This document shows positions 27,301 to 40,494 of a stretch of DNA of 64,000 nucleotides, in pieces. The notes under the pieces were generated by a model. That model did not search any database. It was not told the origin of the DNA and saw nothing but the letters and a program-made list of their open reading frames with translations. How positions within the stretch are numbered: position 1 is the first letter of the stretch; every line of letters begins with the position of its first letter. Position numbers and translations under genes: made by a program. The stretch comes from Paragordius varius (taxonomy: Eukaryota; Animalia; Nematomorpha). Where the stretch lies: NCBI GenBank assembly GCA_964247055.1, contig OZ176053.1, positions 4,960,001-5,024,000 on the forward strand, read 5' to 3'.

Positions 27301-30300
27301 TGGGGTAGGCAAGTTTTATTTTGGTGAATAGTAGCCGGTTTACAATTAACACAACATTCCGAGATAGTATCATCACACATAGCTTCTTTTGCGTATTTGC
27401 ATTCTTGGGTACAACATTTAAATATTCCGCTAGGTGCTAAATTTATCAAAAAAGCATATAAGAAATGAAAAATTATATTTTACCAATATAACAAGAGGTA
27501 ATGATAAATATTAATCTTTAAATTATTTATGTAAAAAATGATCAATAGAGAAATTACAGTTTTTCATACTTATAGATTAATAACATTATAAGTAATACCT
27601 AACAAATTATAATTAATTGTTTGTAAACTTAAATTTTTGATACTTAAAAATTTTGCGAAAATTTACGGGCGTTTAAAATACCTGAATTGTAAAAATTCGT
27701 ATCCGAGGAAAAACCAGGATCACATTGCTCATTTTTGTCCAATATACCATTCCCGCACATATCTTCTAAATAAATTAACGTAAAGAATATAATACTGTCT
27801 TGGTATAAATAAAAAATCAAGAAAAAAGGTTTAATAAAATAATGTATATAAAGTAGAGAAATTAGCATTTTTAACTAGTTTAAATATAGATAATTGGCTT
27901 TAAATGCGATAAAATTATTAAAAAACTAATTTATGGAAAATGCCTATTAAAATAGTAATATATTATTTTCTTCCCTGCAAAATTTTTATATAATTAGGTT
28001 TATATATATAAATAGTAATTTTCTATAATCAAAAATAAAATAAATATGTCATGATTTTATACTATGTAAGAGTAAAAATATGCAAATACTATCTAGCTTA
28101 AAAAAATCAAAAATTACCTTTGTTATCTGGTTCGTGGTTTAAATCGTTTTGAGTAAAACAGAGATGGGATTTAGCCCTGAGCACAGAACCAATAGCTAAC
28201 CGTGAACTGGGTGAAAAGCGTTGATTGTTAGTTTCAAAGCCACGTAATGAATATGGATGCATGATATAACTCCCATACCTATTGGTATCTAAAAAAGTTA
28301 GCATTATATAGAGATTTATGAAAAAATGCATAAAATTTAGCTGTTTTAAAGTTTTACATTTTGGACTAATACATTCCCCGAGTCCTTATATTAACAATAT
28401 TTATTTTTATGAAAAAATAAATACCATAGATCGCATTTTTCGATATACTTACATTTGATAAATGTTAGCTAGGTAAACATTATGAAAATCCTTTCGCTTA
28501 TTAAATAAATTTTAGGATACAACGCAGGAAAAATTAGTCATTTCTAAGATGAATTTGATCTGTATAAATTTAGAAAATTTGGTTTTTAACTTTTATAGAC
28601 AATAGATTCTCAAATAAGTATTCATACAATAAATAAAAAAATAAATAAAACTAACCATCAAAAGAGGGAGCTTGATTAATGTTAGTCCGTTTTTTAAGCC
28701 AGGTTTTAGTGGATAAATCATGTTCGCTGCCCCAATTATGGCCGAGTTCATGAGCGGTTATAATATCGCCTTCTTGGGTAAAAACGGTTCTAAGAGCTTC
28801 ATTTTGATAAGAGCTAAATCCCGTGTTAAGCGATATAGGCACATGTGATAGGAAACGTGATCCATAAGTTTCTAAATAATATAATTGAGAGGTAGTTATA
28901 AATAAGAAAAATAGCACCTAAATAAAAACACTATTAACGTATATACAAAATTTTCGTTTAAGAATTAGGTGTGTATAATATTTTATAATCAACAAAGAAA
29001 CAAGCAAAATTAAATTTTTTATCATTGAATTTAGTAATAACCAAAACAAATATAATAAAATAATTCAAAATAAACATAAATCAATCAATTCATAACAAAA
29101 ATTATACTGCGCATAATGGGATAATTATATGGGTAAGTACAGACACCACCAGGCCGATGCATTTTATCTGATGCCACATAGGCCAAACCTAGTACATTTC
29201 CTTCAAATGGTTGATGGGTAAATAAATGAGCCAAGCATATATCGTCCTCCTATATATAAAAATTTAGTAAAAATTATTAGATAAATATTTTTTTTTGCAA
29301 AAAACAATCATACTTTTTTAATTCAATTTAAACTATATAATTGGAATTATGTATAAATAAGTGTGCCATTTACATCTCTATTTCTTATTAAGCGACCCAA
29401 AATAGGTTTATTTTGTCAAAAAAACGAGAAAAAATGGTTGTTGACTTTTAGAAAAAAAAATTTGACTTTAAATATTAACGTTTTGTCTGTATGATTTCAA
29501 TTTTTATTGTATGTCGCATCTAAATAAAATCAAATCCCATGCATTAATTTTCAAGGAAATAAAACAAACATCCTCAAGTTTTTATAGATTAATAGAAAAC
29601 CCATTAATAATTAAAACATTATTATATTTTAACGGGGTCCAGGAAATAAGAATCATGACCAAAATAAATGGATTTCATTTAAATTGTTATTTTTAAACCA
29701 ACCTTATTGGACATAACATAATATTTATGGGAGCTTTTTGATAAATTTATTAATTTTAAAAAAGGATTCATTTATCAAACAATTATGAAATTTATAATAT
29801 ATATCTATTTGCAATCACTATTTTAAACAGGAATACTTAAATAAAGATTATAATTTGAGTATAATTTAAATAATCAAGTTTGTTAACGTGTAGCCTTAAA
29901 AATAAAAAAAAATAATTAAATTACTTCAACTTTAGCGTCTTCATTTTTATATTTCCCAATTATTTTTGGGCGATAAAGTGTAAAGGACTCAAGAAATTTT
30001 CCCACGCTTGTCCATTTGGGAGAAGGGCCATTATAATGTTCCAAAGAAAATATGTCAGATTCTAAACAAATTTTGGTGTAATTTTTTATGTAATTGTAAA
30101 ATATCAATCAAAAATACATAAATAAAAATAATCAATAGAGGTAAAAACAAATTTAACATACAGTTTCAAAAAATGGAAATATATACTACTTACTTTCTAC
30201 CTTAAACTTAGCTATTTAGCCTTGTTTCCCTAATTTAAGACATTACATATTTATAAACAAAATAATAAAAGTAGCTTTAAAAATATATCTATAGGTATCA

Positions 30301-32289
30301 AAGCCAATTCTATTAAATTATTATAACTCGGATTCATAAATGTTTTATGAACCAGGTCACTTTATGTAAACATTCAAAAGAGGCAAAATAACCCTTACCT
30401 ATGACTTCATCAAACTCATGGGTTGGTCCATTATAAAAACGGAAAGAGTTATTAGATAATGGTAAATTATTGCTATTGATTGTAGGATGCGTATGAATCA
30501 AAATTTGCCGTATAATAAAACCAAAATTAGTTAGGTTTTGTCCATCTGGAGTTTCCCAAACGGTTGTAGTGTAAATGGCATTAATTCGACTAATAACACC
30601 AACCTAAAAGTCGAAAATATTATTAAAACTCGATTTGTAAATCTTATTTGTTAATATAAATTTCAATTTAAATTTTAATTAATTTAACTAAACCATATAT
30701 TTTTAATTGTCATTTGTTAAAACAAAAAATTAAGCTTCAATATGATAACTTACAATAATTGTTGTAAAAAAACATATATTAACAAACCCCTGTGAAAAAC
30801 GGATCAATTAAACTATGTAAAAACATTTATTATATTGCAATCCAATATATTATTTCGATACTTAGCCAATATGGCGTATATTTAGAATTAAAATATGAGA
30901 AAATACTAAATAATTTATGGTGTTTTGAATGCTGGATTTCCCAACCGCCTGAAAAAAACGCCAATCAGCAACAAGGAGTAGAGAACATCTTTTAGAAACG
31001 TTTGAATCGATCAAGTTTTGAGTTATAGCCCTTTTTTTCCTGGCTTTATTCTTTATACCTAAAAATTATTTTAAACTATGCTTGTAAAAAGGGTATAATT
31101 CATAAACTTATAATTAACTGATAAAAATAAGCATTTGACCGTTTTGCAGATATTCATAATATTAGAAGTTAAGTCATATATTTATAAACTTAAACATATC
31201 TTGCAACTAAATTAAAATTGAATTTGATAAACATTAATTAGGACATATTAATTATTCGGTAAAAATTTGATAAAAAATTAAAGTTAAACTAACTTATCAT
31301 TCATATAAAAACTTCGCCAAACAGTCATGGTAAAAAATGCATTCATAAACCGTCGAATCTCATAATAATTATATGGTCAAAAAAATAAACTAAACTTTTA
31401 TCAGCCATTTAGAATTAAATAAGATGTACCTTGAAATTATAAAATTATTTATTCTTTGATTCTCTATTTACCACAAATAAAAATATATCTATACCCATAT
31501 AATTTTTAACAAAATATATTTGATATTATCGCACACGAGTCTTAATAGAAATATATGTTTCACAATATCAAGAATGTTAAAGTGGTAATTAACTATAAAT
31601 TAAACTAAATAACGTGGAATTCGCCAAAGAAACCGCAAAAGATAAATACACATAATCATGACAATAAAAGTTAACAAATTTATATAACCAAAAAAGAATA
31701 CTTATGTTTTAAGTAAGCGCAAAAAAACAAGGGCCATCTATAGCGAATTATATATATACAATTAGAATAATTTTTCATTAATTATATGTGTAATGTAACT
31801 TATGTCTTATATTTGACTAATATAGTGATAAAATTATACTTTCACCATATTATTTAATAAATTATAGCGTAGTAAAAATAATTACAAACCTTTATTATAA
31901 CATGACATATATTTTGCTGTCTCCAAATTATTTAAATGCATCAAATAACAGTTTTCTGCTGTAGTTGTTAGACCAAACTCATTCGCATCAAAGGCGATCA
32001 AAACTGAGTTATTATGTATGCTATTAAATATATGGTAAGCTGGCTAAAATTTAAATTTAAAAACCTCGATGTAAATATTTAACTCTTTAATATAAGCATA
32101 TATTTCGTCATTATAGCGAGTCATTAAAAAAGTGTTATTTTCAATATTCCCTAATATTAAAATTAAAATACCAATATAAATTTCTGGCTTATATGACTCA
32201 TAATTATTATCAATCACCACCTTAAAATCTAAGGAAAGAATTTCATTATGGTATTTGAGATCAACATAATATTTGCTATATTTAATCAT
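24374..32289 (-). CDS. ADAM17: ADAM17/TACE-like disintegrin metalloprotease, multi-exon; 5' end uncertain
   Basis: Exons include 30399-30603 ([14 protein letters not shown]), ~29130-29247 ([20 protein letters not shown]), ~28657-28852 (zinc motif [12 protein letters not shown]), ~28117-28289 (Met-turn YIMHPYS), ~27690-27768 ([15 protein letters not shown]), ~27258-27430, 26569 to ~27057, 24915-25060 ([16 protein letters not shown]), 24730-24808, 24559-24647 (TM segment [18 protein letters not shown]) and 24374-24475 (DKK tail, stop). Prodomain-like exons at ~31900-32289; signal-peptide exon and the CxLxxxAD exon were not located. Confidence 0.92.
25690..25910 (+). mobile_element. Degenerate non-LTR retrotransposon (RTE-like) RT fragment in the 1508 nt ADAM17 intron (25061-26568)
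   Basis: Translations [16 protein letters not shown] and [15 protein letters not shown] match the VxxFxYLG and YxxxIxPxLxYxxE motifs at the RT C-terminus. Confidence 0.55.
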
Positions 32290-35105
32290 AAAACAACTTT
32301 ATTCCATATTCCATATAAAAATAATGATTATATTGGTCTATATGCCGTTTGGCTTTGTTTGTTACATAATATTTTTGGATAAATTTATAGGATAGACTAG
32401 AATTGACAAATATACTGCATATTAATGCATAAGTAACAAAGCGCATAAAAATTTGAATATTTTTATCTCATTCATAAACACACCTTTAATTTTAGGTGAA
32501 TAAACACTGTGCACATAAAAAAATATCTGATGAAATATATAAATTACGGTAGATAAAGGGAGTTTCAGGATTCTCATTCTTTTTGGTTTCGCATAACCAA
32601 AATTTTGCACACTATATGTCAATGGTACTCACCAAAAATTTTACAGGCCAAACAAAATATCTTTTCAGTATAAAGGCCGTCCACCATATAATATTGACAA
32701 ATATTGCATATTTCACAATTCACTTTATTCAATTATACGTCCACTAAAAAATATCCGATAGGAAAATGCATCACGATTATCATGGTTTTGGTTTAGGCCC
32801 TTATTAGTGTTACTACGTTGGTAACTGTTCCAAATCAGAATGAATTTGCGCAGACTTTGTTAAAAAAACAAAAATGGGATATTTTAAAACTTTATATTTT
32901 AATTTTTTGTGTGTTTATACATTTTTAGGGGTATATTTTTACCCCTGAGGAAAATTTAACATACTATTTTAAGAGTTTATTTTGTAAAAAATATTTATCA
33001 CTCCCTCTTCTTCTGTATTAGATAAAAGCCAGCTTTTTAACTTGAGTTCATATCATTTACGATTGAAACAAACACCTAAAATTGAAATCTATAATATTAA
33101 ATCTTCCAAAGGAAATCATTTATATTTTACAAGTATAATATACATTTTATTTTCCCTAATACACGATTTAACACTTCATGATCTCTTGGGGTGGTTTTCT
33201 GTCTCAGAGCGATTTTAAAATTTTAATATCCTAAAAAGTATCTAAGGTAGTAGGTCGAATTCAAAAATATGCTTCCTCGAGCGTTATTAGGCGCATAATA
33301 CATTTTTTGAAAAATAAAATAACCATTCTACAAATTCGCTTCAAAGATGTTATTTTTATATTGTATATTTTAGAGAAGGTGTAGTACCCAAGTTTTTATA
33401 GGGTCATAGATATAACACTGATGTCGTAAGTTTTTGAAAAAATTTTAAACAGAAGTCATATTGGTTGTATATTTTACCGAGGGTGGAGTCCTATCGGGCT
33501 ATTTAAAAAGGCGTTTTACTTTATCTCCTTAAATACTCAAAATGATGATTCATATTACTAATATATGGACAAAAATTATCTTTAAATCCACGTTATTGCA
33601 GTACAAGAAGGCGCCGGACTAAAATTTTGCCTTTTTACGGTAAATATAAATTATTAATTAATCTATTGGTCTCATGGATTTTCCAAAAATACACTTTAAA
33701 TATATACGTTTTTTCATATTGTGACATATTATAGATAGGATGGAGCCCTATCCAGCGAATTGGAAACAGCACTTCCCTTTTTGCTTTTAGGATAAAATAT
33801 CTAAAACCAGTATTAATTTCATGTGATCTCATTTTCTCGAAAACATGCCTCAAAAGCTATGTATTGCATGGAGACGTATTGATCTATTCAGCGGCTCTTT
33901 GAATAATACACTCAATCAATCTTTTTATCTTTATATATAACCAAGATCAATTCCTCATAATATCATTGGTTCTTTCGATGTTTCAAAGCTAAATATTTTA
34001 TGTTATGGCGCATTTTTCAGAGCGTAATCATCTACTCCGCGATTGAAAAAAGTGCTCGACATAAAATTTGCCTTTGTACGTCGTAAGCCTTTATTGAATT
34101 CAAACAATGTACACGTTTTCTGGATTTTCAACTTAAAGCAAGCACTCTACATTTTTATAGGAATCTAGCTATAACATTGAAACCTTTATTTTTAATACTT
34201 ATGTAACTTCTGAAGTCTGTAATAACTGCTTATAATAAAAAAACAGCTGATTTTTTAAATACCTGGCAAACATTTTCCATCAATATTGATTAAATGTAAT
34301 CTAATTACCATTTTTCGGTCTTAATATATTAAACAAAAAATTTAAAAATATTGGCGGCAAAAATTTTGAGGTGGGAATATATAATTTTATATTAATATTG
34401 TTTTTTCTCTTTGAATTTGAATTGATTATTTTCAGATATTTGAATTTAATAAAACCAAACCAATTAAGTGTCGATTTTACATTAGATGGAAAACGGAGTC
34501 AAAAAAAATTTGAAACCACAAAATGTTCCGAATTCCAATACGTTTTAGTTTATTATAAGGAATATAAATGTTTATTCATAACAGTTATTTTAGTTAATAG
34601 ACAATAATAATTTTTCAGATATTATTTTTTATTGTTTTCTATAAGTAAAACCATTATTTCTATTATCTAGACCAGGGGCTTTCAAGATATGTTCGCGGTT
34701 ACTTGGATTATTTTTGTTTTTATTTATTTTAAGCCCAATTTTGGATGATATATTTTCTAAATAATCGCAAATTTTTGATTGAAATCCAATTTTTTTATTT
34801 TTTTAACATTTCTATAACACATTTGCGTACAATAATAAGTGTGTTGGACATCCCTAATCTAGACTACAATACTTTATTTTAGATTCTTTTTACTGGTATA
34901 TTTAGTTTTAGCGGCACAGTTTGGTGCGGTTTAGAGCTTAAACCGAGTTGAAACGTACTGAACAGCAGCGAGCAGTGCCAAAAAAATAGTAAAATATTGC
35001 GACTAGAAATTTAGGATGAGGATTTTTAATTTTTTAAAAATATTCTTTGAATATTGCGCGTAGGCCGGCCAACCTATTTTTAAATTTCGTTCCCAATATC
35101 TAGAT

Positions 35106-35287
35106 CAGTGACACTCACACCGAGGTTCTAAAAATGTTTTACGAATTTACTAAATTTTTGATAAACTTTTCTTGATCCGCAAATGTATCAAACAGCCATG
35201 AAATTTTTATCGGTATTATATGGTGCATGGACCTTTAGACAAGAAATATTTTTGCGGCTTTTTAAATTTTTTTAGTGAGTACCACTG
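35106..35287. mobile_element. hAT (Charlie-like) MITE
   Basis: TIRs CAGTGACACTCAC / GTGAGTACCACTG; left flank ATCTAGAT resembles the TCTAGA-type target, but no TSD. Confidence 0.55.
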
Positions 35288-36452
35288 TCGTAAATAGCAT
35301 TAAGTTATTTAAATTTTAAATCGCCTTGGATAGTTAATATCGTCTTAACCAAATGATATTCCAAAATTTCGTTTTTATAAATTATTTGGCTTAATTACAT
35401 TTAAATTATAAATATTTTTGTATTTTACTTTAATTTTTAGTGAAAATTCATTTCTCATATCAGGCTTTGAACGAATTAAAACATGTTGTTGTAATATAAA
35501 TTAAGGGGGAGCATGTAAAGTATGGATGTCCAACAAAAATGGCTTCGTAGGCCGTATTAGAATATATATGGGCATTCATAACAAATTTATTACATTTCAA
35601 ACACAAAACTGGAAAATGCAAACACAATATAGCAATTTTTTCTAGTTCTTGCCAATTGGGTAGACTTATTTAAAAAATTGTTTAGGATATCTCAATTTAA
35701 TAAAGATTTTATAAACATATTTTTTTATGGATGTTCATTTTTTTTGCGTGCCGCACATAATAGGAGGACTGCATGTGGGTCACCCCCAATACAAAGTCTC
35801 TAGTTGTTAAACAGTTTGTCATCCAAACCTCCATAATGGGAATAGATTTTATAAAGAATTTTAATTATTGTAGACAGTTTTTGATAAATGGCGACGCCTA
35901 ATACACAAACTTATATTCTTTTCTATTTTACCAATGTCTATTGAATGGCAAAGTTTAGTCAATTGCTTCATAAATCAAATGGACAAAAATTCTTTTCTAA
36001 CAGCCTACTGCTTATTCAGTAAGTTTTCATCTCTATACGCATCTGATCCCCAAATTTTAGCCGATTCTAAAAGCTCGTGAGTTTCATTATGCAAAAATAA
36101 GAAAAACTACATTATTATTCCCCAAGAAATTCCGCGTATGAGGTGCCCGAAGTATGATGACTTTTGTTTAGTAATTTATAAAACCAATAATTATCAAAAA
36201 TTGCTATCAAAATATGAAACTAATTTAAATTTTATTTGTTAGCAATTTGACAATATATATTGTGAGTTCACATCTTTACAAGTATCTAGTATGATGCGCA
36301 AACAATGAATGTATATTTTTTAATTTGGTTTAATATCATTGTTACTCTTAAAGATTTATCTCTGAAATGGCCCTGGAATAGGAGCTACCCCAAAAGGTAT
36401 GAAGTGGCATGTTTTATTCAAAAGTATAGCATGATATTTATTTGACTTATGT

Positions 36453-38577
36453 CAGTGGCGTACCGAGCATTTGCGGCGCCCGGGGCATAAAACTGTAATG
36501 GCGCCCCCTCCTATTTTGAAAGCCAATAAAACAATTTAGTAAAAAAAATATTAACGTTTTTAAATGCTTCATTAAAATCAATTTTAGGATTTTGCAATCT
36601 ATGTCGAACCCTACCTATTCTTATAAGTATTTGATGGTAGAAAATATGTTAAAAATTGAAAAAACACTTTGAAGTAAAATGGATGCCTCACTTCTCTTGT
36701 TTCATTAGTATTTGAAATATTTTTACTTAAATCTCCTAATAGATCTATTAAATCATCTATTCCTATAACAATGGTAATTGAATTCTAGCACTCCATCGGG
36801 CTTCAAACTCACGCTTAACAGTTTTTTAGTTTATTTTTCAATAGGTCTCATATAATAGTTGAAAAAAAGATGGATATTTTCAATTATTCCGAAACAGGTC
36901 ACAATAATAACATCTTGTTTTACTACCGTGACTCCTACCAAATTCAAAGAATAAGTGTCACAATTGACAAATATTGCTCTTTTATTTTTCCAGAATTCTT
37001 TGTTGAACGCCTGAAATGTGACCTGACATCACAGCTGCATTATTATATCATTGAGAACTACAATTTGATAATTGAATATTATCCATACTTAAATTTTCTA
37101 AAATTACCTTTTAAATTGACATTGCATTTGTTGTATAACTGAAAAAAACCCAAAAAGGATTCCTTATGACAACTCTCTTTTTCTCATAATCAATACACCT
37201 ACCTGGCAACTTAAGAAATTTGTTCTCGGTGGGCTATATCTGGCGTTAGATCAAACATAAGTCTATAATATTTACCTTTTTTATGTCATTGATCAATTTA
37301 GCTTTAACTCTTCAAGCTATAAGATGTATAAACTCGTTTTGGATTTTGGATGAAACACAGGATATTAGGAGATTCAATGTTTTACATGTGTTCTCCCATT
37401 ATTGGGTCAAACCGAGCTGCATGTTTTAGTAAAGATAAGATTCCAGGATTTGGTACTGAGTCATTTAGATACATTAAACTTGCAGCATGTCCTCGAAAAG
37501 GGAGGTTTTGGTTGATTAGAAATTTCATGCAGGCCAATATTCGATGTAATAAGATCGATCAAAAAGTAGGCAATAACCATACGCAGATCTGTTCTTTGGT
37601 GAATATAAAAACCAAGACCTCTCAACTTCAAATCCTTCTTTTTTACCGAAACACGTCGAAAAAATCAAGATTGGGGCATTGAACGATGATTTTTTGTTTC
37701 AAAGAGATAGCAATCATTTTGAGATACTTGAGGTTCACGAAGAATTATTTCTGTGTGAAGCTTAATAGATATTACGGGAGAAACACTATTATTAGAAAAA
37801 GGCGACATCATTAAACTCTATAGATAGCGCTTGGAATTAATAATGGTATATTTGTAGTTTTCCTATATATTGGATCAATAACTAGGGTTTCAGGTGTATT
37901 AATGTTTTTATGTAGGGGTGCTGTTATATTTGTGTCTCATACACCTTTCAATGTTAGGGTCAGATATTTTAGTTAAATAAGATTTCATACTCATTCGCAT
38001 TTTATTTGTTTTATTCCCTTCATGGGTTTACCGTTTTTTATTTGCATAACCGCTGAGTTTAGGCATTGATATCTGATGAAAATGAAAGTATTTATAAAAA
38101 ATACAAGGCTATATTAATAATAAAAGCTACCCTCTTAGAGATGGAATGATCTTGTTAAATAAATAAAAGTAGGTTTCGAAATTGAATATGTATAAAATAA
38201 AAATGCAATTATAAATTATGAGAATAAGAGATAAGGTTTTTTGAACAGAGCGAGAAGTTGAGATAATTTAATTAAAGGCAATAAAAGAATTAACAATAGT
38301 AAGTGCGTGATAAAGAAATGTTTTTTAAGCGAAAAAATAAGTTTGCACTGGTTGAAGGGAATAATGAAAGTTGTTTATTGCATAATGTTTGATCCTAATT
38401 TCATTTATATATTTAATATAGAAATTACCTAAGTTGCTGAAAAATCTTACTTGAAAGTTGTTTTTATTTTTGCATAATTTAAATTTAATTTAAAAAAATC
38501 ATTTAGGCGCCCCCAAATAACGGCGCCCGGGGCATGATGCACCCCCTTGCCCCCCCCCCCCCATCGGTACGCCACTG
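36453..38577 (-). mobile_element. hAT element with decayed ZMYM1/DUF4371-type transposase
   Basis: Perfect 14 bp TIR CAGTGGCGTACCGA/TCGGTACGCCACTG with GGCGCCC subterminal repeats. Minus-strand remnant from ATG at 38066 (MPKLSGYANKKR*) includes QNLPFRGH, IQNEFIHLI, MFDLTPDIAHREQIS, ESFLGFF, YNAAVMSGHISGVQQRI and NCDTYSLNLVG. Confidence 0.9.
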
Positions 38578-40494
38578 TTTCGCTTTAAAAATTACCCAAT
38601 TTTTTTGAATTTTGCTTTTTAATTGAAGGTGGTAGATTAGCAAGACTGATTGGTACTCTTAAAGCTAAAGAACTCATATTCGCCGGTTCTATTATTGAGG
38701 GACAATTCCGAACAGTTTGGTTTAGTCAATCTATCCACTAAAATTGACGACACACCTTCGAAACGTTTTTGATTCAAACTAACTTAAACTTTTGTACGCT
38801 ATTTTTAATAGGGGTTTGCACCCACGAAAATGATGATGCTTATTTTGGAGGCGGTTAAATAATCCGATTAAAAGGAAAATGTTTTTAATTTTTCCCAATT
38901 TTTACCTAATTCTTTATTAATCGAATTCCTTTGTTTTGGTATATACTATATACAGTAAAAATTGAAATTATCAAAAAGAAAGACAAATATATTTTTAAAA
39001 TACAATCATTTTCAAATCTCAATTTTTTTAAATTATAGCTCATTGTTTAAATTTGCAAAGTATGGAACAGAGATATATATTGGTAACATAATCAATTAAA
39101 TATTTAACGACTGTGAATAAATAATTTATAAAAGATTGAGATCAAAAGTATGGTCGTCTTTTAATTAAAAAATATTTGTAATTCTATTTTTATGTTTTGT
39201 CCGCGTAATTTCAGTTTTTACTGTACCTGTTTATCCATAATTGAAACTTCTTGACATTTAAGTTATTGGAATATGTTAATCAAATGGGACCACATCTTAA
39301 GGTCATAAATAATAATTTGGAACCGGAAATGAAAAATAGTGAAAATGTTAAGAGCTATATCCGACAAGATTACTAATTTTTAAATCATTTTTTTATAGAT
39401 ATAGCTCATTTATCATAATAGAGAACAGTTCAGAGGAAATTAGGCTGTCTTCTTGGCTTGCAAAAAAGCCCAGGAATTAGCAACTCAAATTTTGCAAAAT
39501 TTCTATAATAAATTTAATATTATTTAGGTAATTGATTCAAACGACATATTGGAAGGCTTAAAAGACCGAAAAAAGGATATCTATTTTTAAAGGGAATTCA
39601 TTAATTCAACATGTTTTATTTAATAAATTTTATTATCAGTTAGTTTTATTGGATAAAAAAACGTGATGAATAAATGTCCCATAAAATCATTCAATGTATA
39701 ATGAGTGACTTTTATGGCCTATACGCACAGAGTATATTATATGTTATTAGCGAAATTTTAATGATTCTACTTCTGGCAATCTATTGTGTTAAATTTAAAA
39801 AAATTATTTCTCGTTTGATGTCCTTACAAACACTAATGAAACATATCTCGATCACAAGCCTTTAATTGTTATGTTGATTTGGATTAACTAATAGGCCTAT
39901 GATAATTCCTTATAAAACTTATGTGTAATGAGTATATAAAATTTATTTATTATTTAAAATTCATACGTCTGCCAAATTTATTTTATTATTCTGAATATCA
40001 TATGTTATGACATGTAAATCAGTGTTATAGCCAATTTAATGAAATAGAATATTTAATTGTCATGTAAATAGACCCCTATAGTAAACATTTCTTAAAATTG
40101 AGCTATCATAAGTTATTATCTTTGATACAAGGTAATATTTTGAGATATTTAATTTTTATTAATATTTGTGAGTGAAATTTAGAGTAATTCATTAAAGAAC
40201 ATGTAAAAATTATGAAAAAAATCAACCGTATATTTTGTCGATTTTTTCAAAAGATATGTAAATTAATATACCTCAATTATATAATTTTTGGAATTATATA
40301 ATTTATGTAGGAAATATCTAGATAATAAAAAGTATTTTTCTTTCTGTAAAAAATTGTCTTTAGTTCAAACATTTTGCCTATATATTTTTGATCGAGTGAA
40401 CAAATTGTTTAAAAATTGAGTTTCTATAATTTGAGCAACAATCATTTTATTATATCTAATGTTTTTTTAATTTTAACGCGATAAATCACAGACC

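Noticed and set aside
33700-34020. Possible hAT transposase fragment (IN.SP..LL...IRW)
   Set aside because: Too degenerate; only one loose motif and no termini.
36870-37682. Plus-strand ORFs 36870-37142 and 37350-37682 as genes
   Set aside because: They are antisense shadows of the decayed hAT transposase on the minus strand.
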